Shown one piece after another: positions 17,951 through 27,125 of a stretch of 51,333 nucleotides of DNA. The notes under the pieces were generated by a model. It had not been told where the DNA came from. It saw only the letters and a list, made by a program, of their open reading frames with translations, and searched no databases. The stretch is from Nitrospirota bacterium. Lineage in GTDB: Bacteria; Nitrospirota; UBA9217. The DNA lies in assembly GCA_029858565.1 (NCBI GenBank), contig JAOUEV010000020.1:1-51333 (forward strand), in the 5' to 3' direction. The position numbers and the translations under genes were made by a program. The first letter of the stretch is position 1. Each line of letters opens with the position of its first letter.

Positions 17951-18958
17951 ATGAAACGATTGGTACTGTTCCTTTGTTTCCTTGCAGCTATAACCGTGCT
18001 TGTCATGGCAAGCTGCTCGGACAAGAATTCTCAGGAAGCATGCAACTATGACACAACCATGGCCTTGGACAATGGCAACTACGACGCTGTTCTCGCATCG
18101 CCCTGCGCAGACGCCCTGCAACTGGGCGCTGCAAACTTCGGCAAAGCGGGCTTCAGCGCCACCGAGGTGATCAACCGGTTTGTCGATGCAAAGAACAACC
18201 CCTCGAGCGACAGCGACATCCGGCTGTACATGTCGCAGATGATCGGCATTGTATCGGATGCCACCCTCGGCTACCTTGACAATTCCCATAACGAATATGT
18301 TACCGTACCCGCTGGCGACAGCAGATATCAGAATGCCCAGTTTTCCCTGAGCCTCGTGGACGCGATCCGAGGGTTGTCACTCCTCAAGTTCATCAGCGAA
18401 AGCAGCATTGGGACCATGAACGATAGCTGTGACGCTAACAACAACACGAAGCCGGACGACCTGGACGCCACCTCCTGCTCGCTCTATGTAAGCTCCGGGC
18501 TCACATGCACTGCGCCGACCCTCACCGTCGGCGGCACCGTGACCGTGGCCAGCGACACCCCAAACCTCACGTTTTCGAGCGTGACCGGAACGTATCGGGG
18601 GCTGGTCATTGCCGTGGCCGGCACAGGAACGAACATATCCGGTTGTCCTGCGCCCAATGAGTACAAGAAACTGCTGGTCCAGAGCGGCGCGACCGATTAT
18701 GTCGCGGTCGCCACTTCCATGACGCTCTGCCGTGCTTCGGACGGCAACGACTGGCCTTGCCCGCTGATGCAGAACGGACAGCCGATGGACCTGGTCGCGG
18801 CAATAGATGCGAACCTTACCAGTTCCGTAAGCGCTCTCCAATCCTCCACCACAGGCTCTTCCGATGTATCCGACTCCATCACCCAGATCAAGACCGACGC
18901 ATGTCCGGCCGGCACATGCACCTCTGCGGATATAGCAGACTACCTGCAGAAATATTAA
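17951..18958 (+). CDS. Cys-rich lipoprotein, function unknown
   Basis: AGGAGGAG RBS, lipobox MASC and 10 further Cys. Confidence 0.85.
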   Translation: MKRLVLFLCFLAAITVLVMASCSDKNSQEACNYDTTMALDNGNYDAVLASPCADALQLGAANFGKAGFSATEVINRFVDAKNNPSSDSDIRLYMSQMIGIVSDATLGYLDNSHNEYVTVPAGDSRYQNAQFSLSLVDAIRGLSLLKFISESSIGTMNDSCDANNNTKPDDLDATSCSLYVSSGLTCTAPTLTVGGTVTVASDTPNLTFSSVTGTYRGLVIAVAGTGTNISGCPAPNEYKKLLVQSGATDYVAVATSMTLCRASDGNDWPCPLMQNGQPMDLVAAIDANLTSSVSALQSSTTGSSDVSDSITQIKTDACPAGTCTSADIADYLQKY

Positions 18959-18971
18959 CGAGGAGGATATC

Positions 18972-20156
18972 GTGAAAACGATCAAAATTTATCTAATCAA
19001 TGCCATTCTGGCAATTACGGTCTTCGCATTCTTGGCTTCCACCGCATTCGCGCAGGGCCCCACGTCAAACGAGTATCCATACCTGTACAAATCCAGCCGC
19101 GCAATGGGAATGGGCGGCGCCTATACCGCCATCGGGGGAAGGGTGGATGCGCTCTTTTATAATCCCGCGACGCTGATAAATATCCCGCGGGACAAGGGAT
19201 GGGACGTCAATCTGCTGAACATAAGCGTACATGCCGGAAAAAATACTGAGGACTTCGTCGAGGACATGGGCGACGCGTTCGACGTAACCGACCAGAACGG
19301 CAACGGCAATACCGGAGATGAAGAGCTCAAAGCGATGAATAACGTCCTCGCCCGCTATCAGGGAAAGAACCTGCATCTCTCCGTCACGGACCTTACAGCA
19401 ATCGGGAAAAGCTTCGATTCCTCCGCCTTTGCGGTCGGCGGGGTCGGCGTAGGCCGGCTGGATGCCATGGCGCATCAGGGATTCGGCTCTGACGGCCTCT
19501 TGGAGATAAACGCTGATATGACCTACGGTGCGGTCACCGGATACAGCATGGAAGCTACAAATGGCCTCTATCTCGGACTGGGCATCAAGGCGTTAAAACG
19601 GGAATCCTTGATACATAGTTTCACAGCTCAGGAACTGGTCGACAAGCAGGACACGCTGGATGACTATATTACCGACCAGCTCCGCAAAAAAGGCAGCGCT
19701 ATCGGATTCGATGCGGGTCTGCTCTGGAAGATCAATCCCGACTCCTGGTGGAAGCCGTCAGCGGGTTTCTCGGTGATGAACATCGGCGACCTGGATTTCA
19801 AGGAAGCAGGGAAACTCCCCATGACCGTGAACGCAGGCTTCTCCGTGAACCCTCAGATTTCCTGGTCCCGGTCCCTGCTCATCGGCTTCGACTATGTGGA
19901 CATCCTGAACAACTACGAACAGGACAAGGACATGCTGAAGCGTACCCGGCTCGGCGCGGAGCTGCAGCTCTTTGATATCATGCCGGTTGAAATGGCAGTC
20001 CGGGCCGGTCTGTATGAAGGATATCCTACCTTCGGGGCTGACCTGCGGCTGTTGACATTCCTTTTCTCCTATACCATGTACTCCGAGGAAATCGGCGCGT
20101 ATTCCGGCCAGGACAAGGACACCCGGCACATCCTTACCTTCAACCTCGGGTGGTAG
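18972..20156 (+). CDS. Outer-membrane beta-barrel protein (TraF_2/FadL-like)
   Basis: Signal peptide, SRAMGMGGAYTA and LFYNPA motifs, C-terminal aromatic residue (FNLGW). Confidence 0.82.
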   Translation: MKTIKIYLINAILAITVFAFLASTAFAQGPTSNEYPYLYKSSRAMGMGGAYTAIGGRVDALFYNPATLINIPRDKGWDVNLLNISVHAGKNTEDFVEDMGDAFDVTDQNGNGNTGDEELKAMNNVLARYQGKNLHLSVTDLTAIGKSFDSSAFAVGGVGVGRLDAMAHQGFGSDGLLEINADMTYGAVTGYSMEATNGLYLGLGIKALKRESLIHSFTAQELVDKQDTLDDYITDQLRKKGSAIGFDAGLLWKINPDSWWKPSAGFSVMNIGDLDFKEAGKLPMTVNAGFSVNPQISWSRSLLIGFDYVDILNNYEQDKDMLKRTRLGAELQLFDIMPVEMAVRAGLYEGYPTFGADLRLLTFLFSYTMYSEEIGAYSGQDKDTRHILTFNLGW

Positions 20157-20173
20157 GTCCTATTCCCAACGAC

Positions 20174-20205
20174 AAAAGGCACGCTCTCATGAGCGTGCCT
20201 TTTTT
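20174..20205. terminator. Bidirectional rho-independent terminator
   Basis: aaaaggcacgctc-tcat-gagcgtgcctttttt between convergent genes. Confidence 0.9.
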
Positions 20206-20268
20206 GCTTTGTCGGTCAGTGTTCTGGTTTCTACCGGCGTACTTTCAAACCCTGGTCCCTGTTCCGCT

Positions 20269-20655
20269 TCACTGATCCAGCTCCTGCAGCGCTTCTTTTG
20301 CAAGAAGTCTGACCGCCGCGTGTGCATCCCCTTCAAGACGGCGCAGCGCCTCCCGTGCCGAAGGATCTCCAATGATGCCCAGCAGGTTCACCGCATCCCC
20401 GCGGATCGTGGGATTCTCGTGCTCCAGCAGGGAAACAAGCCCCGGAACGGCTGTACGCAGCTGCAGCCGGAACCCTCCAGCCAGTTCCTCGACCAGGGCC
20501 GTGGCCCCCAATCGCACCACGACCTGCTCGTCCGCGATTAAGGCGGGGATGAAGCGCATGAGACCAGGTTCCTGTTTGAACAGGGCAACAATGTTTTCCA
20601 GGAAGCCCTTGCCCATGTACTCGATGAGCATGGCCTGCATCTCGGCGTCATTCAT
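20269..20655 (-). CDS. HEAT-repeat protein
   Basis: VRLGATALVEEL, IRGDAVNLLGIIGD and VRLLAKEAL repeats; follows the radical SAM gene. Confidence 0.85.
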   Translation of the reverse strand: MNDAEMQAMLIEYMGKGFLENIVALFKQEPGLMRFIPALIADEQVVVRLGATALVEELAGGFRLQLRTAVPGLVSLLEHENPTIRGDAVNLLGIIGDPSAREALRRLEGDAHAAVRLLAKEALQELDQ

Positions 20656-20665
20656 ACAATCAGTT

Positions 20666-22126
20666 CTATGCTTCCGCAGACTCGATGATCTTCCGGACCT
20701 CGGGAGGCATCTCGCCCATGGTGGCGCCGATCTTCTTCTTGATGAAGGAATTGCTCATCATGAGCTTCATGGCAGTCACCATGTATTTCTTCTTGAACTC
20801 ATCGCGCTCCTGGAGCGTCATTTCGGCGTAGCGGTTCATGTAAAATGCCCGGTAGCAGTCAACGATCGCCTTGTCCACTTCCTCGAGCGTCATGTTCTTG
20901 GGCTTGAGGATGGGATCGATAAGGTTGTATTTCCGGTAGTCCTTGACAACGATATAGGGCTCCAGGTCCTTGTAGATGTCCGAGTAAGGCCAGGGCGCGA
21001 TCGCGAGAAAATGGGCCATATCAGGATTGAAGTCCATGACCAGTTCGAGCGTGCGCGCGATCGAGTCCTCGGTCTCGTCGGGGAATCCCAGGATCATGGA
21101 CGTTTCCGTGATGATACCGTGCTTGCGGCAGAGGGCCAGCGCTTTCTTGGATTCGCCGGTGCTCAGGTCCTTTTTGATGTAATCCAGGCTCTTCTGGTCA
21201 GTTGCCTCAGTGCCCACGTAGATATGGATGATGCCTGCCTGGCGGTACTTGTGCAGGATGTCCTCGTCGCGGATGATGTCGGCCGCGCGGGTCTCCATAA
21301 GGATATACTGCCCCGCCTGCTTCTCGATCAGCAGGTCCAGGAGCTTCTCCCACCGCGCCCGGTCCGGCGTCGGATAATCGTCGGTAAAGAGCACGACATC
21401 CACGCCATACTTGTCCCGGAGCTCAAGCATCTCGCGAACGATATCCTCGGGGCTCCGCGCCCGCCATTTCTGTTTCCAGTACTTCTGCTGGGAGCAGAAG
21501 GTGCATTCCTTGTCGCATCCCCGGGAGGTGTCCACGGCGCCCAGCCGGGACCCCGGAATGACGAAGTAGTGGTAATCGTTCCAGTCGAGCAGGTCCCACG
21601 CCATGGGCTGGTTGTCAAGGTTCTCCATGAGCGGCCGCTCCGGGGTCACCGCGAGCCCGCCCTTGTCCCGGTACACGATCCCCTTCACCCGGGAAAGGTC
21701 GCCCTGCTTCGTGACCGCATCGAGCAATTCAACGATCGTTTGCTCCCCTTCCCCGCGCACAATGAAGTCAAGTGCGTCGGTGTTGGAGAACATTTCCTCG
21801 TACATGAAGGATGCGTGTACGCCGCCGAGGATCGTTTTGATGGACGGATCGACCTTCTTCGCTGTTTCGACGACCAGCGTGGCGTCGGGCGCCGTGCAGG
21901 TGAACACCGAGGCCGCGATGAAGTCGGGCTTGTAGGAGCGGATCTTCTGCTCGATCTCGGCATACCCCACATCCTTGGTCATGGCATCGAAGATGGCCAC
22001 ATGGTATCCGGCCTTGCGGGCCGCGCCGGCAAGATAGACAAGGTAGAGCGGCACCCACTTGCCTGCGACCTCGACGACTCCCGCGTGATAGGGAGGCGTT
22101 ATGAACAATATCTTCTTTTTTGACAT
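20666..22126 (-). CDS. Cobalamin-binding radical SAM enzyme (class B methylase/BchE-like) 1
   Basis: N-terminal B12-binding domain (GGVHAS, GEGE) and TSRGCDKECTFC CxxxCxxC motif. Confidence 0.95.
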   Translation of the reverse strand: MSKKKILFITPPYHAGVVEVAGKWVPLYLVYLAGAARKAGYHVAIFDAMTKDVGYAEIEQKIRSYKPDFIAASVFTCTAPDATLVVETAKKVDPSIKTILGGVHASFMYEEMFSNTDALDFIVRGEGEQTIVELLDAVTKQGDLSRVKGIVYRDKGGLAVTPERPLMENLDNQPMAWDLLDWNDYHYFVIPGSRLGAVDTSRGCDKECTFCSQQKYWKQKWRARSPEDIVREMLELRDKYGVDVVLFTDDYPTPDRARWEKLLDLLIEKQAGQYILMETRAADIIRDEDILHKYRQAGIIHIYVGTEATDQKSLDYIKKDLSTGESKKALALCRKHGIITETSMILGFPDETEDSIARTLELVMDFNPDMAHFLAIAPWPYSDIYKDLEPYIVVKDYRKYNLIDPILKPKNMTLEEVDKAIVDCYRAFYMNRYAEMTLQERDEFKKKYMVTAMKLMMSNSFIKKKIGATMGEMPPEVRKIIESAEA

Positions 22127-22320
22127 ATGTCTATCGTCCTAAACCGGACTTGCCGGATTTGCTCCTTTGAACCGCCAAAGCGCAGCCGGAAGCAGGCGCT
22201 TCCAGGCGAGGTCGCCAGCGGCAAGATCCATCCTGATTTGTTTTGACGTCCTCACGTCCTTCACTTCTTCGCGTTAATATTTTCTGCCATTGTCAGCAAG
22301 AACTTGTTTGTTCGATCAGC

Positions 22321-22824
22321 TTACCTCAACGCCTGCTGCACATCCTTGCGCAGCTCATCTTCGGAATATACGCCCTTTACCTTCTTCAGGATCTTTCCAT
22401 CCTTCCCGATCAGGAAGGAAACCGGCGGATGGGCGATATCGCCATACTCCCGCTTCACCCGGTCGTTGGCGACCAGCACCGGGAACAATATCCCCAGCGC
22501 CTTCACGTCCGCAAGCGTCACCTCGTTGATCGCTACGGCGATCACGGTGAATCCCTTGTCCTCGTAGGAGAGGTAGACCTTCTGGAACCCCGGCATCTCA
22601 TCCTTGCATGGCGGGCACCAGCTGGCCCAGAAATTGAGCAGAACGACCTTTCCCCGGGAATCGGCGAGCCGCAGCATCCTGCCGGAGAGGTCCGCCAATG
22701 AGATGTTGGGAGCAGGGTCCCCGACAGCGGGCTTCTGTTCATTAAATGAGGCCCGGTCGCAGGCCGAGATGAGGAAAAGCACGAGCAACAGCGTTACGGC
22801 GCGTATGCAATATCTGCCTGTCAT
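22321..22824 (-). CDS. TlpA/ResA-family disulfide reductase lipoprotein
   Basis: Lipobox ISAC; VVLLNFWASWCPPCKDEMP motif. Confidence 0.93.
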   Translation of the reverse strand: MTGRYCIRAVTLLLVLFLISACDRASFNEQKPAVGDPAPNISLADLSGRMLRLADSRGKVVLLNFWASWCPPCKDEMPGFQKVYLSYEDKGFTVIAVAINEVTLADVKALGILFPVLVANDRVKREYGDIAHPPVSFLIGKDGKILKKVKGVYSEDELRKDVQQALR

Positions 22825-22884
22825 GATCACTCCCATGCGATGGTCTGTCATATTACCAGATAGCGCGGCATTCAAGAAGAGAAA

Positions 22885-23682
22885 TCATTCTTCTTCGCCC
22901 AGCACGGACTCGATCCGGGTGCGGATCCGCTCCATAACCTGCCCGTACTCTTGTGACAACCGGTTCCGCGGCCGGGCAAGCAGGTTGTCGAAGGACTCTG
23001 CCACTCGGCCGGGGCCCGCGGACAGGACAACGACCCGGTCGGCCAGATAGACCGCCTCATCAATGGAATGGGTGACGAACAGGACCGACAGCTTCCGTTC
23101 ACGGACCAGGTCAATGAGCAGGTGCTGCAGCTGGTGCCTCGTCCGTTCGTCCAGGGCGGTGAACGGTTCGTCCATCAGCCAGTACCAGGATTCCGAGGCG
23201 AGCAGTCTGCCCAGGGCGGCCCGCTGCTGCATTCCGCCGGAAAGTTCGTGAGGATAGAGATCTCCGGAGCCGGCAAGTCCCAGCCGGGCGCAGATCCCTG
23301 CGACCTGGCTCCGGGCGTCTTCCGGAGGGACGCCCTTGACCTCCAGCGGCAGGGCGATGTTCTCGCATACCCGCATCCAGGGAAAGAGCGTGTGACGCTG
23401 CGTCAGGTAACCGATCTTCCGCACCAGCGTGGCGGGGTCCTTGCCGTTGATCGTCGCGGTCCCTCTGTCGGCCCTCTCCAGGCCCGATACGATGCGCAGG
23501 ACCGTGGTCTTTCCCGATCCGGTGGGCCCCACGATGCACGTGATCATTCCTTCAGGCCCCTCAAAAGTAACGCCGTCCAGCGCCTTTACCGCGGTCCCGC
23601 CCCTGCTCAGGAAGGCTTTTTCAACGTCCTTGAGGGAATATGCGGTATCGGTCAGCTGGGGGATGAGGTCTTCTAGCGGCAT
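22885..23682 (-). CDS. ABC transporter ATP-binding protein (SsuB/NrtD-like)
   Basis: GPTGSGKT, LSGGMQQR, MDEPF and VTHSIDEA motifs. Confidence 0.95.
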   Translation of the reverse strand: MPLEDLIPQLTDTAYSLKDVEKAFLSRGGTAVKALDGVTFEGPEGMITCIVGPTGSGKTTVLRIVSGLERADRGTATINGKDPATLVRKIGYLTQRHTLFPWMRVCENIALPLEVKGVPPEDARSQVAGICARLGLAGSGDLYPHELSGGMQQRAALGRLLASESWYWLMDEPFTALDERTRHQLQHLLIDLVRERKLSVLFVTHSIDEAVYLADRVVVLSAGPGRVAESFDNLLARPRNRLSQEYGQVMERIRTRIESVLGEEE

Positions 23683-23716
23683 CGGGCCGGTCCCCTGTTG
23701 GAGGTTAGCTCGGTCA

Positions 23717-24589
23717 TCATCGTTCCAAAGCCTGCCAGTGCCCTGCATTCCGCTCGAACCGCGCGAACGCAACATCGATCAGCAACCCGGTGATGCCGAT
23801 AACGATCATGGCGGCGAAGGTGTACTGATAGTCCGAGGTCTTGCAGGCCGTGCAAAGCATATATCCGATCCCGCTCCGGGTGCCGGGAAATATCTCCGCG
23901 GCGATCAGGACCAGCCAGCACATGCCCATGGCGATCCGCATTCCGTGGGCGATCTCGGGCAGCGAATGCGGAAGCACCACCCTTCGCAGGATCTGAACAT
24001 CCGTGGCGCCCAAAAGCCGCATGGTCTCCAGATAGGAGGTCCGTACAGAACGGACGCCGTGGACCGTGCTCAGGAACACGGGGAAAAAAGCGCCCCACCA
24101 CAGGATGAAGACCATCGCGAGCTGTACCTGGTCGGCGACATCGTATTTCCATGCGTCCACCGGACCGAAGGCTACCGAGGCAAGGGAGGACAGTCCGAAG
24201 AGCACTGTCACCAGCGGCAGGAGCACCACCGGATTGATCGGACGCGCGATCTGGACAAGAGGATAGAACAGGCGGTCGACGACCCTGCTCTTCCCGGCAA
24301 GGAACCCGAGCGGCACCGCGGTCGCGACGCCGAGCCCGAAACCGAGCGCCAGCCTGATCAGGGTCATCATAAGCGAGAAGGCCAGGGACCGGGAGTAGAG
24401 ATCGGGAGGTATTTCCAGGGGATGGGCGAGGACCCCAATGACCGCGCTGAACGACGGGATGACCGCCGTACCGCTCCGTATTCCGAGCCACCAGGCAACG
24501 ACCAGCAGCGCGGGAAAGGCCGATCCCAGCAGGATCTTTCCAACGGGTCGGTCGGCCCAGGTCCCTCGCTGGTCATTCCGGTCGGTCAT
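23717..24589 (-). CDS. ABC transporter permease (SsuC/TauC-like)
   Basis: Multiple TM helices, EAA-like loop, LIAAE...SGIGY. Confidence 0.93.
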   Translation of the reverse strand: MTDRNDQRGTWADRPVGKILLGSAFPALLVVAWWLGIRSGTAVIPSFSAVIGVLAHPLEIPPDLYSRSLAFSLMMTLIRLALGFGLGVATAVPLGFLAGKSRVVDRLFYPLVQIARPINPVVLLPLVTVLFGLSSLASVAFGPVDAWKYDVADQVQLAMVFILWWGAFFPVFLSTVHGVRSVRTSYLETMRLLGATDVQILRRVVLPHSLPEIAHGMRIAMGMCWLVLIAAEIFPGTRSGIGYMLCTACKTSDYQYTFAAMIVIGITGLLIDVAFARFERNAGHWQALER

Positions 24590-24596
24590 AAAGCGG

Positions 24597-25748
24597 TCAT
24601 TTCCCCGCGCCGGGAAGCTCGGCAAGGGCTTCCTCGAGCGGTGTCAGATCAAAGGCGATTGAGCGGATATCCAGGGGACTCTTTCCCTGCAGTCTCTTCT
24701 GGAACGCTTTGGAGGACTGCATGAGCTCGAGCCAGATATCCACGGCGCTGATCCATGCCCGGTCCGGACGGGCTACATAGGTCACATGCGTGATGCTCTT
24801 CTCACCGATCTCCGGAGCTGTCCGGGTCCAGCGGGTCTCGGCGCTCAGCGCCCTGGCCTTGTCATGCAGAACGATGTCCGAACCAGCGGCAATGGCCTTG
24901 AGAAGCGCTTTGACCGCAGCGCGTTTTTCCTTGATCGCTTTTTCTCCCGCGGCGACAACACAGCAGGGATGGTCCTTCCACTTGCCCTCGGGCGGAAGCC
25001 CGGAAAGATCGACAACGCGGAAGCCCGCCTTCTTCGCCACGAGGATCGACGGCATGGGTTCATTCGCAACAACGCCGTCGATGATCCCGCTCTCCATGGA
25101 AGGCAGCGTGTTCTCGTCGCCCTGCAGGTTCATGAGCACCACCTGCACGGACTTGCCGTCAGCGCCGACGGGCTCCTGGCCCGCGCGGATCCCCTCTTCC
25201 GCCAGCGCCCGTGAAAAGATCAGGTAAGCGTTCGCCATGGGGTCCTTGAACCCGATCTTGAGCGGCCGGGAGGACGACTTGACCAGCTTCACGAAATCAG
25301 CCCACGATCCTGCGGTGAACTCGTTCCTGAGCAGCAGCGCGTCGCCGTCATTGTTCAGCGGCGCCAGCACCTTGAGGGGCGAGCCCTTGTCGATGAACTT
25401 GGCGACCGGCCCGAGCCCGCCCAGCCCTACTTCGATATGCCCCTGCTCCAGGGCCGCCGGCATCTTTGCTCCGCCGCCCACGCGCACAAGGTTCAAACGG
25501 GCTACAAGCCTTCCCTTGTCATAAAGATCATAGACCTCCTGGGGCTTCAGTTCCTTCAGGTAGACCCCGTAGGCCTTCTCCAGCGACTGGCCTGCGTCCG
25601 CGGCAGCGTACAATGCGATCTGATGATCATGGCCCACATGGCCCACTACCAGCGTGGGAACCTCAGACCCGCTCTCGGCGCCGAATACGATCCCGCTGCA
25701 AGCGACAAGCAGGGCGGCAAGAAGCACCGGAAAACGCAGCAAGGACAT
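24597..25748 (-). CDS. ABC transporter substrate-binding protein (SsuA/NMT1-like)
   Basis: AGGAGG RBS, signal peptide, GHVGHDHQ, EP and HPCC motifs. Confidence 0.9.
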   Translation of the reverse strand: MSLLRFPVLLAALLVACSGIVFGAESGSEVPTLVVGHVGHDHQIALYAAADAGQSLEKAYGVYLKELKPQEVYDLYDKGRLVARLNLVRVGGGAKMPAALEQGHIEVGLGGLGPVAKFIDKGSPLKVLAPLNNDGDALLLRNEFTAGSWADFVKLVKSSSRPLKIGFKDPMANAYLIFSRALAEEGIRAGQEPVGADGKSVQVVLMNLQGDENTLPSMESGIIDGVVANEPMPSILVAKKAGFRVVDLSGLPPEGKWKDHPCCVVAAGEKAIKEKRAAVKALLKAIAAGSDIVLHDKARALSAETRWTRTAPEIGEKSITHVTYVARPDRAWISAVDIWLELMQSSKAFQKRLQGKSPLDIRSIAFDLTPLEEALAELPGAGK

Positions 25749-25885
25749 GAGGGACCTCCTCGGGAGCAGGTTAACAGCGGTCGGTATTTTACGGCGCATT
25801 GCGCTGATTTGTCAACGTTTTCCTGCGCCGTCATCGGGAAAGGAGTTGACTTTTGACCGGAGGGAACGGTAATTTATATCTACCC

Positions 25886-26281
25886 ATGGGACCGGCGACG
25901 AACATTCTGCTCATGACCATCAACTACTCCCACGACATCGCCACAGCGCTGCTTGCCGTGAGCGGCATTGCCATGTTGATGCTCTGGAAATCCTATCCCG
26001 CGACCGCCGACGCGGCAACGGAACGCTATTTCATCAGCGCCTACCGCGGGATCACGCGGGTCGCCAAGGACTCGCTCTACTGGATACTGCTCGCCGGTGT
26101 GCCGCGCATCGTCTTCTATATGGACTACGAATGGTCCGACCTGGCTGGAGACCATCAGATCATCGCGGTCATCATCAAGCATATCCTCATGTTCCTGCTG
26201 GTCGGGACCGGGGTCTACTCCTGGATGAAACTGAGCAGGCGCGTAAAAGCATTGCACGAAAAGCAGCAGACTCCGGCATAG
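25886..26281 (+). CDS. Small membrane protein (NYxHDxATA family), paralogue of 33575-33958
   Basis: Three hydrophobic helices; NYSHDIATALL...PRI..Y..EW...KH. Confidence 0.8.
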   Translation: MGPATNILLMTINYSHDIATALLAVSGIAMLMLWKSYPATADAATERYFISAYRGITRVAKDSLYWILLAGVPRIVFYMDYEWSDLAGDHQIIAVIIKHILMFLLVGTGVYSWMKLSRRVKALHEKQQTPA

Positions 26282-26333
26282 CCGGAAATTATGGTTCTCG
26301 GTCCCGCCCCGCGGCGGGATGAAGGGGGTTTCC

Positions 26334-26519
26334 ATGGCACGAACGTTGATAATGGGCGCCGTGATCGGCCTGGTCGGAGGGATGGTGTTCAATGTCCTCT
26401 ACTTCGGCGCAGGCCAGATAAGCACGCCCATGGCCTATGTACATGCCGTCTCCGGCACCATCCTGGGCGCCATGATCGCCTGGATCGTCTACCTCCAGCG
26501 AAAGGCTTCGGCAAAGTAA
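26334..26519 (+). CDS. Small two-TM membrane protein
   Basis: G-rich RBS, two Gly-rich helices; TAATG-coupled to the next gene. Confidence 0.7.
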   Translation: MARTLIMGAVIGLVGGMVFNVLYFGAGQISTPMAYVHAVSGTILGAMIAWIVYLQRKASAK

Positions 26520-27055
26520 TGGTCCCTATGGGCTTCAAAGGGCTCATAGCCGCAGCAGTCCTCCTGCTGACGGCGTGCTCAAGCGGGCCGTCGGAATTTC
26601 CGGCAGCGGATTTTACCCTCAAGAGCCCGCTCACGGGCAAGCAGACCTCCCTGTCCGAGTTCAAAGGAAGGCCGATCATCATCTACTGGTTCACCAGCTG
26701 GTGAATACGCTGCGCCGAAGAGATCCCGCTGGTCCTGCGGGCAGAGCAGAAATACGAGAAAGAACGATTGGCCGTTCTGTGGGTCGGGCACCAGGATACG
26801 GTCAAGAAACTGACCGGTTTCGCTGAAAAGAACAGGATCCCCGACTATCTGTTCGATCCCGACGACGGCATGTCGCGGAAATACCGGATGACCTACGGCG
26901 GCGGGGTGGTCTTCATCAACCGCGCAGGGACCGTGAAGCTCCGGGTGCCCAAGGGATTCTCGCCAGCGGGCCTGGAGGAAGCGATCCAGAAGATCCTGGT
27001 CAACGAGCCTGTTCAGCCCCAGGGGCAGGGGGCCGGTTCGCAGAAGCAGAAGTGA
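26519..27055 (+). CDS. TlpA/peroxiredoxin-like lipoprotein selenoprotein (UxxC), 178 aa with Sec at UGA 26702-26704
   Basis: Lipobox LTAC; IIYWFTSW-UGA-IRCAEEIP continues in frame into ORF 26768-27055 and aligns with WASWCPPC of the TlpA paralogue; hairpin downstream of the UGA. Confidence 0.88.
26705..26749 (+). promoter_or_regulatory. Putative bacterial SECIS element
   Basis: CCCGC(26725-29)-TGGTCCT loop-GCGGG(26737-41), with the loop about 25 nt after the UGA and GG near its start; possible lower pair CTGC/GCAG. Confidence 0.7.
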
Positions 27056-27084
27056 GTGGGCGTTTTACGAGCGCCTTGCACTTC

Positions 27085-27115
27085 ACTCCGCACTCCGCAC
27101 TTCGCACTCCGCACT
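27085..27115. repeat. 7-nt tandem repeat (ACTCCGC) x4+
   Basis: actccgc-actccgc-acttcgc-actccgc-act, intergenic. Confidence 0.9.
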
Positions 27116-27125
27116 GAAATTCATT

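Noticed and set aside
18670-18700. SGAT in the lipoprotein as an ApbE flavinylation site
   Set aside because: Lacks the preceding D-x-x of typical FMN-binding motifs and is 6 kb from apbE; unsupported.
18972-20156. TraF-like gene as evidence of a conjugative element
   Set aside because: No relaxase, VirB4, coupling protein or integrase in the window.
20372-22123. 583-aa plus-strand ORF (likewise 1233-2279, 23429-24724, 34192-35427, 38815-39921, 41222-42244)
   Set aside because: All lie antisense to genes with clear family motifs; typical high-GC shadow frames.
25749-25885. Cobalamin riboswitch in the divergent intergenic region
   Set aside because: Only a gtcaac/gttgac inverted repeat and a gggaa are present; the region is short and I could not find the B12-box consensus.
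26291-26704. 137-aa ORF and separate 95-aa ORF 26768-27055 as two genes
   Set aside because: Better explained as one UGA-readthrough selenoprotein starting at 26519; the upstream part overlaps the real 26334-26519 gene.
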